From: Bacteroidota bacterium
GTDB taxonomy: Bacteria; Bacteroidota; Bacteroidia; Bacteroidales; UBA12077
Length of the DNA: 64,000 bases
Assembly: GCA_042584405.1 (NCBI GenBank)
Contig: JBHOSR010000001.1
Span: 12,363-76,362 of the forward strand
Direction of reading: 5' to 3'
Below are positions 55,900-64,000 of the stretch, one piece after another. The notes under the pieces are model-generated. The model ran no database searches, had not been told where the DNA came from, and saw nothing but the letters and a program-made list of their open reading frames with translations. Both the position numbers and the translations under genes were made by a program. The stretch's first letter is position 1; each line of letters begins with the position of its first letter.

Positions 55900-58509
55900 C
55901 TAATTAGCTATTCTAAATGAAAGTTTTACTAAGAAAACATTATAAGGATGTATATTGAAGAGTGCATTTAAATCATCCATCATTGAAAAGTTTCCTTGTG
56001 CAACACTTCCTGTTTTACCTTGTGTCCAAACAAGATATAATAGAGATCCTGGCCTATATTCCCAACGTGCTACTAAATTTGATCTAAACTGACGGAAGTT
56101 AAAGTCATAGTTATCATCTAAATAAGATTGATAATCACTTTCAACTGACCATGACATATCTCTTGAAAATCTGTCTTCAAATTTATCAGCCCGTGGATCG
56201 ATAATATATTTAGGATCGGAATAATCGCCTGAACTTATAAATGGAGAACCATAATATTGAATAGTTAAATCAGGAGTAATTGTATAATCAATTCTTAATG
56301 TAAAATCTGTTGTAATTCTATTGATTTTTGCAAAAACATAGCGATCTTGTCCATTATATGTCTCAGATTCAACATACTGTAGTTCACTTTCAGAAACAGA
56401 ATAATTTGGTGAAAACGTAATCCTTAATGCATCAAATGGACGGTAAATAATATCTGTTCCGTACCATGAGTTCTTCGAAGAATTTTCTAAGCCCCAGTTT
56501 GTACCCGTATTTCCAAAGAATTGCAATTTCTTTCTTCTGTCAGTACCAAAATTAAACCAATAGTTGAAACTTCCCGGTGTTTTAATTGATGGGCCACCAC
56601 GCAATAGTGAATTGGAAATGTTTGAACCATCATAATTAGTTCCTCCACCGAATGACCAATGGTTTTTAAATTGCATCCATGTATTTACATTACCCCCATA
56701 AAAATTATTATTACCACCAAAATCCCAACCGGTCCATTGGTTAAAATTCAACTGCATTTCTCGAAAAATACTGAATGGTTCTGTCCATCTGTAACCTGCC
56801 CAAAAAACCTGGAATATAACATCAGAACGACCTAAAAATCCGACATCATTGGTTTCAAACTCAGGTGATCGCCATGTTGTCCAAAATACCCAACGTAATT
56901 TACTACTTCCTCGTTTACCAAATTGTAATATTCCTGCATGACCTGTCATATTAGTACGGGTGGAATCAAATGTTTTATAATCATGATCTGGTCTTTGAAA
57001 ATAACGTCTTGAAGATTCTTGTTGAGCAATCATTGCAGTGCTATCACCACGAATATGACTCATAGCGTAATTTAATGTTAAATAATATTTCTTTTCTTTC
57101 CAGTACTGGGTAAAGTCAATACCTCCAGAATATGCATCTTTGTTTAGATAGTCGAGATGATCATCTTTAATAAAACGATTAGTTGCAGTAAACATACCTC
57201 CAACAATAGTATTGTTATCGTTTAAATCTTTTTGAACTCGAGTTACAAAGTAGTTGGTCATAGGTTCAACAACTTCTGTGCTTTTATCTCCTTGCCGAGA
57301 AACGTCTGCTTCTTCTTCTGCAGTTACTGTTTCAATTACTCCAACAGATAATCCATTTTTTGTTTTACCAGTCAATTTTAAAGCGCTAATTATTGTGGTA
57401 TTATCAGGAACATCTGCATATTCATCTAAATCACTATCTACATCAGGATAATATTGAGGAGACCGTCCAATTCGTCTGGAGTAAAATAAATTATCGAGTG
57501 CAAATGAGTTTCCTCCACCAGAGATTTGAAAATTTGTTATGTTTCTACCTTCTATAAAAAATGGTCTTTTTTCCTGAAAATATGTTTCAAAGGCTGTCAA
57601 GTTTACATCTGATGGATCAGCTTCAACTTGCCCAAAATCAGGATTAATGGTAAAATCCAAGGTGAAATCATTTGTGATACCAATTTTACCATCTAATCCT
57701 ATTCCAAAACCGGGTTCAAAACCTTCTGAAAATGGATTGTCTTCGTCTTTTGTATATGATTCAGTTTTAGCTAAAACATAAGGATACACTTCAATTTGAC
57801 GCTTTGGTGTTATATTTTTTATTCCTCGTAATTCACCAAAATGGCGAACCCAACCTGATTTATCTTGCGAAAAATATGCCCAGTGCGATCTTTCTTCATT
57901 TCTAAAAAACAAACGGTTTACCTGAATACCCCAGATTTGTTCTTCTTTATGATTGCTAAAACGTAATTGTGTAAAAGGAATTTTCATTTCAGCAATCCAA
58001 CCTTCTGCATCAATACTTGTCTTTAAATACCAAATAGGATCCCATGTTGAATCCCAACGATCACCATCATTGTTAATCATTTCGTCACCTTTAACTCCTG
58101 AAACTGATCCAGTAAATGAAAATGCAGTTCGATCATCATTGTAACTATCAATATTAACTTCTACCCAATCACCATCAAATCCATCACGTCGAGACATGCG
58201 TTTTACAATTTTATCGGGTTCAGTATCGAATGCTCGAATTAAAATGTATAAGTTGTTATCGTCATATAAAACTTTAAATGCTGTTTTTTGAGAAGGAGCT
58301 TCTCCATCATTTGGAGATCGTTGTATAAAACCATCAGACCATTCAACAATATCCCAAGTATCTTTATCAATTAAACCATCAATTGTAGGCGGTCCGTTTT
58401 CAATTCTTTTAGTATTATAAACCTTTTTTTCACTTATATTTTCTTGTGCTACTGCTTTAATATTCAGGGAAATAAAAAGGATTATAATAAATAAACACTT
58501 ATATTTCAT
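55900..58509 (-). CDS. Large outer-membrane-type protein: N-terminal CBM9-like domain plus DUF5916-like beta-barrel
   Basis: 869 aa with a signal peptide. N-terminal PPTIDGLIDKDTWD...FKVLYDDNNLYILIRAFD. Long Gly/aromatic-rich beta-strand region ending in a hydrophobic C-terminal strand. Confidence 0.55.
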   Translation of the reverse strand: MKYKCLFIIILFISLNIKAVAQENISEKKVYNTKRIENGPPTIDGLIDKDTWDIVEWSDGFIQRSPNDGEAPSQKTAFKVLYDDNNLYILIRAFDTEPDKIVKRMSRRDGFDGDWVEVNIDSYNDDRTAFSFTGSVSGVKGDEMINNDGDRWDSTWDPIWYLKTSIDAEGWIAEMKIPFTQLRFSNHKEEQIWGIQVNRLFFRNEERSHWAYFSQDKSGWVRHFGELRGIKNITPKRQIEVYPYVLAKTESYTKDEDNPFSEGFEPGFGIGLDGKIGITNDFTLDFTINPDFGQVEADPSDVNLTAFETYFQEKRPFFIEGRNITNFQISGGGNSFALDNLFYSRRIGRSPQYYPDVDSDLDEYADVPDNTTIISALKLTGKTKNGLSVGVIETVTAEEEADVSRQGDKSTEVVEPMTNYFVTRVQKDLNDNNTIVGGMFTATNRFIKDDHLDYLNKDAYSGGIDFTQYWKEKKYYLTLNYAMSHIRGDSTAMIAQQESSRRYFQRPDHDYKTFDSTRTNMTGHAGILQFGKRGSSKLRWVFWTTWRSPEFETNDVGFLGRSDVIFQVFWAGYRWTEPFSIFREMQLNFNQWTGWDFGGNNNFYGGNVNTWMQFKNHWSFGGGTNYDGSNISNSLLRGGPSIKTPGSFNYWFNFGTDRRKKLQFFGNTGTNWGLENSSKNSWYGTDIIYRPFDALRITFSPNYSVSESELQYVESETYNGQDRYVFAKINRITTDFTLRIDYTITPDLTIQYYGSPFISSGDYSDPKYIIDPRADKFEDRFSRDMSWSVESDYQSYLDDNYDFNFRQFRSNLVARWEYRPGSLLYLVWTQGKTGSVAQGNFSMMDDLNALFNIHPYNVFLVKLSFRIAN

Positions 58510-58755
58510 GATATAAAAATGATTAGTTTGAAAATTCGTAATAAAGACGAAGAGAATTTTAAAATGCTGTACACATTCTTTAAATTATTCACTAGAGGTT
58601 GGTTTGAGTTATATAGTAGCAATAAACAAAAGAAATGCCATGCACTGCAAATGGCTGAAAATGTGATTGATAATAAATTTGTAAGAGTATAGAATATTTT
58701 AAGAAATGTTCAATTATGGACTAAGGTGTTCGATATAGTACGTTATAGGAACAAC

Positions 58756-60156
58756 TTAAAATAGGTTCCTTCCTATTTTATAGGCATTTCGTAATTTTAA
58801 ATAAATAAAGTTACCAATTTTACCTTTAAATAACTTTTGTAGAAGCTTTGCCAGATTTCTCCCAAAATCAAGAACAAAACTTTTTTCATCTTTACTCAAT
58901 GCATTGTAGAAACCATTTTCAATAGCTAGATCAATAGCTTTTAATCTTTGTTCGTAAGTAAAGTCTGGTGTCTCAAAAACAATTCTCGGATTTACATTAT
59001 GAAACGTATAGCATTCCTCATCAGTTAACATTTTACCACTGGATTGCACAAATTCGAAAAGCAATGAATCTTTATAGGGAAGAGCGGTATAAAATTCAGC
59101 GCCGGTTAGATTTGATGTTTTGGCAAATTCTATAGATTCTTTTACCGATTCTAATGTGTCGCCTGGATTTCCTATCATGAACTGTCCCATAACGTCGATA
59201 CTCGCTCTACGAAGAATCTGAATTCCATTATAAATTTTTTCCTTCGTACTTTTTTTGTTCATCTTTTTAAGCACCTCGTTATTTGCAGATTCTATTCCGA
59301 TACTCACGTTATAACAACCTGATTCTTTCATCTTATGAGCAATTTTGTCGGTAATTAAATCAACTCTTATTGATGTACTCCAAATAATATCAAGTTTTTC
59401 TTCTATAATTAAATTGCAAAGTTCGATTATACGTTTTGCATCAATATTAAAACTATCATCATTAAAAACAATTGATTTTCTTTTATGATCTTTAACTAGA
59501 AGTTTAATTTCACTAAGTATATTTTGAGGTGAACGTTTTCTCCATTTATTGGTCCAGAGTGAATGCGAATTACAAAATACGCAATTGAACGGACAACCAC
59601 GACTAGTGGTAAGTCTATGTTGTGGATATCTGTTCATTTTAAACAAATCATAAAGTGGAAAAGGAATCTCATCAATTTCAGAAATTAATTGACGAGGAGG
59701 ATTTACAATTACATTCCTTTCTTGATTTTTATAAATAATTCCATCAATATCTTTTAATTCTTTGTTCCCGTTTAAATGATCAATTAATTCAGAAAAGGTA
59801 ATTTCCCCTTCGCCATACACTCCATAATCGAAAGGAAAATCGATTAATGCTTCTTCTTTTACAGTTGAAATATGTGATCCTCCCAAACAAATAGGAGTAT
59901 CAGGGTATTTATTTTTTATTTGTTGGGCAATATCGACAGCTTCCAAGAAAACCTGACTTGACGCAGTTATTCCAATAAAGTCAAAAGAAGTTTCAAGAAA
60001 TTTTTTAATTTCTTTTGATTTAGCAACCCGGGTATCAATTAACTCAAAGTTAAGTTCTGAGTGTTTCTGTTTAGCATAGGAAGCCAAATATCCTAAGCCA
60101 ATGTGAACAGCTGGATGTTTTAATTCTTTATTTGGATTTACTAAACCAATTTTCAT
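58756..60156 (-). CDS. B12-binding-domain (class B) radical SAM protein
   Basis: 466 aa. N-terminal Rossmann-like B12-binding region (IGITASSQ...ICLGGSH). Radical SAM motif SRGCPFNCVFCNS. Confidence 0.8.
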   Translation of the reverse strand: MKIGLVNPNKELKHPAVHIGLGYLASYAKQKHSELNFELIDTRVAKSKEIKKFLETSFDFIGITASSQVFLEAVDIAQQIKNKYPDTPICLGGSHISTVKEEALIDFPFDYGVYGEGEITFSELIDHLNGNKELKDIDGIIYKNQERNVIVNPPRQLISEIDEIPFPLYDLFKMNRYPQHRLTTSRGCPFNCVFCNSHSLWTNKWRKRSPQNILSEIKLLVKDHKRKSIVFNDDSFNIDAKRIIELCNLIIEEKLDIIWSTSIRVDLITDKIAHKMKESGCYNVSIGIESANNEVLKKMNKKSTKEKIYNGIQILRRASIDVMGQFMIGNPGDTLESVKESIEFAKTSNLTGAEFYTALPYKDSLLFEFVQSSGKMLTDEECYTFHNVNPRIVFETPDFTYEQRLKAIDLAIENGFYNALSKDEKSFVLDFGRNLAKLLQKLFKGKIGNFIYLKLRNAYKIGRNLF

Positions 60157-60206
60157 GGTGAAACATTAAAGATCAAAAGATACAAGTTTTGAAACCAGCA
60201 CCAAAT

Positions 60207-61436
60207 TTACAAATAATCTATTGATGACTGTTTTGTTTTGGTGAAAGGTGCTACAGCACGTTCATAAATACCTTGCACATATGCAATAGCCATACCATAA
60301 TTAGTAACTGGAATTCCGGCATCAATTGCAGGTTTTATTCTGTTAATAAGTTGTTTACGAGTTATTACACAACCTCCACACTGAACCACTAAGGCATATT
60401 CTTTAATATCGCGTGGTAATTTATCTAGTCCTGCAACCACATCGTATTCAAGTTTTTTCCCTGTGAAATTAGAAATCCAACGAGGAATCTTTACACGACC
60501 AATATCATCACATGATACATGATGAGTGCATGATTCCAAACTTAAAATTCGATCGCCATCTTTTAGTTCAGATATTTTAGGTGTTCCTTTTAAAAAATGT
60601 TCAAATTCACCTTTAAATCGGGCCAATACAATACTAAAACTAGTTAAAGGAATATTTCTTGGTATAGAGGCATCGGCTTTAGTAAAAATCTGACTATCGG
60701 TTATTGCTAGTGCCGGAGTAATTTTGGTTTTGCGTAAAAATGCATCAACTTCACGTTCTTTAAGCACAATTGCAACTGCATCATTGTCTAAAATATCTCG
60801 AATAGCTTGTACTTGCGGCAAGATCATTCTTCCTGCTGGAGCTTCAATATCAATAGGTGTAATTAATAAAACAATATCACCGTACGATAATAAATCGCCT
60901 ACTAAAGAAGGTGTTTTATAAGCAGATTCGGGAATTGTGGTTTTAATTAATCGAATAAGTTTTTCGATATTTTCTGCTTTTATAGTATCAAATTCTATAA
61001 TATTTGTATTGGTTTGTGAAACAATTAAAGCTCGAGTGTTCTCATTTAATGGGACTAAATCAGATTTATTGTGAATAACAAAAAATGGAGTATCGGTGTT
61101 CTTAAATTCTTCGATTAATTCTTTCTCAAAATTACCAAAAGTATTGTGTGTTATAACCAATAAAGCAAGGTCGACTGTTTTTATGGAAGCAATTGTTTTT
61201 TCAATTCTTTTTGTTCCTAAATCTCCTTCATCATCAATTCCAGCAGTATCGATTAAAATTACAGGACCAAAACCAGTAATTTCAAATGATTTTTTAACCG
61301 GATCAGTTGTAGTTCCTGCAAAATCTGAAACAATGGCAATGTCTTGTCCCGCAAGTCGGTTTATTAAAGAACTTTTTCCGTTATTTCTGCGTCCGTAAAT
61401 GCCTATATGTGGCTTTGAGTCTTTTCCTTTGGTCAT
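60207..61436 (-). CDS. hydF: HydF-type GTPase ([FeFe]-hydrogenase maturation GTPase family)
   Basis: 409 aa. G1 GRRNNGKSS, G3 DTAGIDD, G4 NKSD. C-terminal cluster region ESCTHH...DIGRVKIPRW...VQCGGC...TNYG. Confidence 0.75.
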   Translation of the reverse strand: MTKGKDSKPHIGIYGRRNNGKSSLINRLAGQDIAIVSDFAGTTTDPVKKSFEITGFGPVILIDTAGIDDEGDLGTKRIEKTIASIKTVDLALLVITHNTFGNFEKELIEEFKNTDTPFFVIHNKSDLVPLNENTRALIVSQTNTNIIEFDTIKAENIEKLIRLIKTTIPESAYKTPSLVGDLLSYGDIVLLITPIDIEAPAGRMILPQVQAIRDILDNDAVAIVLKEREVDAFLRKTKITPALAITDSQIFTKADASIPRNIPLTSFSIVLARFKGEFEHFLKGTPKISELKDGDRILSLESCTHHVSCDDIGRVKIPRWISNFTGKKLEYDVVAGLDKLPRDIKEYALVVQCGGCVITRKQLINRIKPAIDAGIPVTNYGMAIAYVQGIYERAVAPFTKTKQSSIDYL

Positions 61437-61616
61437 ACTAAATTTATTATTGAGGGTAAATATAAATCACAATTATTAATTAAAATTGTTTTAGATATAA
61501 TTAATTACTAAAATGTAAGTTATAAAATCATTGGATATGATTAATCTTTATAAATGATTATGTTTTTACAACTCTCGTATCTTTATTTATCTTTGAATGG
61601 TATATTTGTTTGATTT

Positions 61617-63224
61617 ATGAAAATATTTAATATCAAGTTCAATCATGGTAAATTATATTATTTAGGACTAATTCTTACGGCCATTTGTTTGCCACTTTCA
61701 AAGTTTGCCTTAAGTGTTTCAATGATTGTATTAATTTCAAACTGGTTGCTTGAACTTGATTTTAAAAGAAAATGGGAAGAGATTAAAGCAAACAAATCAA
61801 TTTTAATTTTTACCGGAATTTTTATAGTTCATCTTATATGGCTTATCCATACCAGTAATTTTAAATATGCATTTCATGATTTAGGGAATAAAGCAATTTT
61901 AATACTATATCCAATAATTATTGGTACTTCTAAAAAATTATCAATTAGAGAACTTAAAAGAATATTGATTTGGTTCTCAATTTCTGTTGTTGTTTCAACA
62001 ATAATTAGCACTTTAATTTTAGTTGGAATAATTGAGTATTCAATTCAAAGCATTAGAAATATTTCGTTATTTATGTCACATATTCGACTAAGTTTATTAG
62101 TTAATATTAGTATATTTTCCTTAGGATATATATTATTTTCCGGAAGGTTTGAAAACAAAAATCTGGAAATTATAATATATGCTATTTTTATTGTTTGGCT
62201 AATCATTTTCCTTTTTTTGCTTAAATCATTCACCGGTCTGGGTGTTTTTATAATCACCTTTTTTTTAGTATTAGGATTTGTTTCTTTTAAGATTAAGAAT
62301 CTTATTCCAAGGTTATTTCTGCAATTGGGATTGATTACTATTTTCTTATTAATTGCTTCATTTTTGACTCATTCTATTTCTAAGTTTTATACAAAAGAAT
62401 ATATTGATTTTGAAAGATTGGATAAATATACTGAGTCAGGAAACGAATATGAAGTTCCTAAAGTAAATGAAGTTCTTGAGAATGGAAATCATGTTTGGGT
62501 TTATGTTTGTCCAAAAGAACTTAAGCAAGAATGGAGTAAGTTAAGCTCAATTCCTTATGAAGGTTTAGATAAGAAAGAACAAGAAATTCAATATACCATA
62601 TTAAGGTATTTAGCTTCAAAAGGATACAGAAAGGATTCTGCTGGTTTATCAAAACTTTCACAAAACGACATAAAAAACATTGAAAATGGGATAGCTAATT
62701 ATATTTTTGAAGATAAATATGCACTATACCCCAAAATTTATGAAGTTTTGTGGCAGATTGACAGATACAGGAAAGGCTATCCGGTTTTAGGAAGTTCAGT
62801 AACTTTAAGGCTTGTGTTTTTCAAAACAGCCATAGATATTATCGATAACAATTTTTGGTTTGGTGTCGGTACCGGTGATGTACAGGATGCTTTTGATATG
62901 CAATATGAATTAAATAAAAGTCAACTACCCGATCAAAACAGGTTAAGGGCACATAACCAGTACATTACCTTTTTTCTTACTTTCGGTTTTGTTGGATTTA
63001 TACTTTTGTTTTTTTCAATGCTTTATCCGGTATTTAAACTCAAAGGCTACAAAAATTACTTATTTGTAGTTGTTTTAGTAATCGCTTTATTGTCATTTAT
63101 TAATGAAGATACTCTCGAAACACAAATTGGGATTACATTTTTCACGTTTTTTTACTCACTTTTTCTATTTGGTAGTAAAATAGGTTTTGAAAGCGAAAAA
63201 GATTGTAAGCAAAAAATTAAATAA
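61617..63224 (+). CDS. O-antigen ligase / polymerase (Wzy_C) family membrane protein
   Basis: 535 aa polytopic protein with a large loop. RAHNQYITFFLTFGFVGF is typical of the O-antigen ligase domain. Confidence 0.6.
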   Translation: MKIFNIKFNHGKLYYLGLILTAICLPLSKFALSVSMIVLISNWLLELDFKRKWEEIKANKSILIFTGIFIVHLIWLIHTSNFKYAFHDLGNKAILILYPIIIGTSKKLSIRELKRILIWFSISVVVSTIISTLILVGIIEYSIQSIRNISLFMSHIRLSLLVNISIFSLGYILFSGRFENKNLEIIIYAIFIVWLIIFLFLLKSFTGLGVFIITFFLVLGFVSFKIKNLIPRLFLQLGLITIFLLIASFLTHSISKFYTKEYIDFERLDKYTESGNEYEVPKVNEVLENGNHVWVYVCPKELKQEWSKLSSIPYEGLDKKEQEIQYTILRYLASKGYRKDSAGLSKLSQNDIKNIENGIANYIFEDKYALYPKIYEVLWQIDRYRKGYPVLGSSVTLRLVFFKTAIDIIDNNFWFGVGTGDVQDAFDMQYELNKSQLPDQNRLRAHNQYITFFLTFGFVGFILLFFSMLYPVFKLKGYKNYLFVVVLVIALLSFINEDTLETQIGITFFTFFYSLFLFGSKIGFESEKDCKQKIK

Positions 63225-63227
63225 TAG

Positions 63228-64000
63228 ATGAAAAAGTTAGTATTCGAACAAAAGCATGTTTTTTTACTAATAACCCTATTCATATATGCATTGATCTTTA
63301 GTTTGATATCAATTGTTAATCATTATCAGCTTAGAACTTATGCCCTTGATTTAGGAGTTTATAATCATGCTTTATATTCTTTTGCAAATTTTAAATCAGC
63401 TGTTTTTACTTTAGGAATTGATGGGAGAGAAATGCCATTTCTTGGAACTCATTTTTCTCCAATTATGTTTTTTTATGTGCCCTTTTACTATCCATTTGGT
63501 TCATATACTTTACTAATTATTCAAATCTTAGCCATTCTTTCTGGAGGAGTGGTAGTTTATAGATATGCATTAGAGAAATTTATAGATAATGCTTGGATAC
63601 CCAAACTCATTTTAATTCAGTTTTTCAGTATTTGGGGAATTTATTCCGCACTATCATTTGATTTTCATAACAACGTTATTGCAGCAATGTTGGTGTTGTG
63701 GTTTGTTTATTTTCTTGAAAAAAGAAAATATTGGGTAGGTTTAATCTTTTGGGTACTCGTTTTAATTTCCCAGGAAAATATGGCTATTTGGATGATTTTT
63801 ATTCTTATTGGTTTAATTATTAAAAATAGAATTAAATCAAAGAAATTTTTAAAGATTGAAATTCTATTGTTAGCTTTTACAATTATATATTCGATTCTAG
63901 TTATTGGATATATTATGCCTGCAATTCAGGGTGCTGAAAACAACTTGCAAATAGTAAGGTATTCTCATCTTGGATCTAACTTTGGAGAAATATTAGTAAC
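63228..64000 (+). CDS. DUF2079-like polytopic membrane protein (predicted glycosyltransferase-like), truncated by the window edge
   Basis: Not in the ORF track. ATG at 63228, 3 nt after the previous stop, and open to the window end. My translation: MKKLVFEQKHVFLLITLFIYALIFSLISIVNHYQLRTYALDLGVYNHALYSF... Confidence 0.6.
   Translation, partial: MKKLVFEQKHVFLLITLFIYALIFSLISIVNHYQLRTYALDLGVYNHALYSFANFKSAVFTLGIDGREMPFLGTHFSPIMFFYVPFYYPFGSYTLLIIQILAILSGGVVVYRYALEKFIDNAWIPKLILIQFFSIWGIYSALSFDFHNNVIAAMLVLWFVYFLEKRKYWVGLIFWVLVLISQENMAIWMIFILIGLIIKNRIKSKKFLKIEILLLAFTIIYSILVIGYIMPAIQGAENNLQIVRYSHLGSNFGEILV

Noticed and set aside
60207-61436. His-to-Gln substitution before the CxxC of the HydF-like protein (VQCGGC rather than HCxxC), considered as evidence of a non-hydrogenase function.
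   Set aside because: I am not certain this His is invariant in bona fide HydF proteins. The substitution is mentioned as context only, not as independent evidence.
1-64000. Search for CRISPR arrays, transposases, integrases, phage genes, toxin-antitoxin pairs, restriction-modification genes or other defence genes, and rRNA.
   Set aside because: No spaced direct repeats, no DDE/tyrosine/serine recombinase motifs, no nuclease/helicase/reverse-transcriptase defence-type proteins and no rRNA-like sequence were seen. Composition looks uniform by eye. The window reads as core genome.

Overview
This window looks like an ordinary, gene-dense chromosomal core segment from an AT-rich member of the Bacteroidota. 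The G+C content looks like roughly one third by eye; I did not compute it. The phylum call rests on several points:
- TAnnTTTG-type -7 promoter boxes sit in front of several genes.
- There is a T9SS type-B C-terminal sorting domain protein and a PorV/PorQ-like barrel.
- The cydAB locus is preceded by a DUF4492-like gene.
- The respiratory genes are an alternative complex III (ACIII) plus a caa3 oxidase.

Content: about 60 credible CDS and one tRNA-His.
- Left 11 kb, respiratory supercluster: actA-actB-actC on the minus strand, transcribed divergently from a caa3-type cytochrome c oxidase operon in the order I-III-IV-II. An oxidase-biogenesis operon converges on it (HMA copper lipoprotein, DoxX, SCO1, heme O synthase).
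- Remainder, housekeeping: lon, ftsH, rsfS, birA, pyrE, coaD, rpmE, purS, DAHP synthase/chorismate mutase, and the phospholipid genes cdsA, psd and pssA.
- Also present: cytochrome bd oxidase, a two-component system, an ECF sigma/anti-sigma module and envelope/glycan membrane proteins.

I saw no transposase, integrase, phage gene, CRISPR array, rRNA or obvious defence system.

The best candidates for uncharacterised biology:
1. A translationally coupled lipoprotein plus radical-SAM/SPASM pair (27.6-29.1 kb).
2. A HydF-type GTPase followed by a B12-binding radical SAM enzyme, with no hydrogenase genes nearby (58.8-61.4 kb).
3. An untracked 33-codon membrane ORF immediately after cydB.
4. A cysteine-synthase homologue with a Cys-rich C-terminal tail.
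5. Two GC-rich hairpins with mutually complementary apexes (55.83-55.89 kb).

All family assignments come from reading motifs in the supplied translations. No database search was run.
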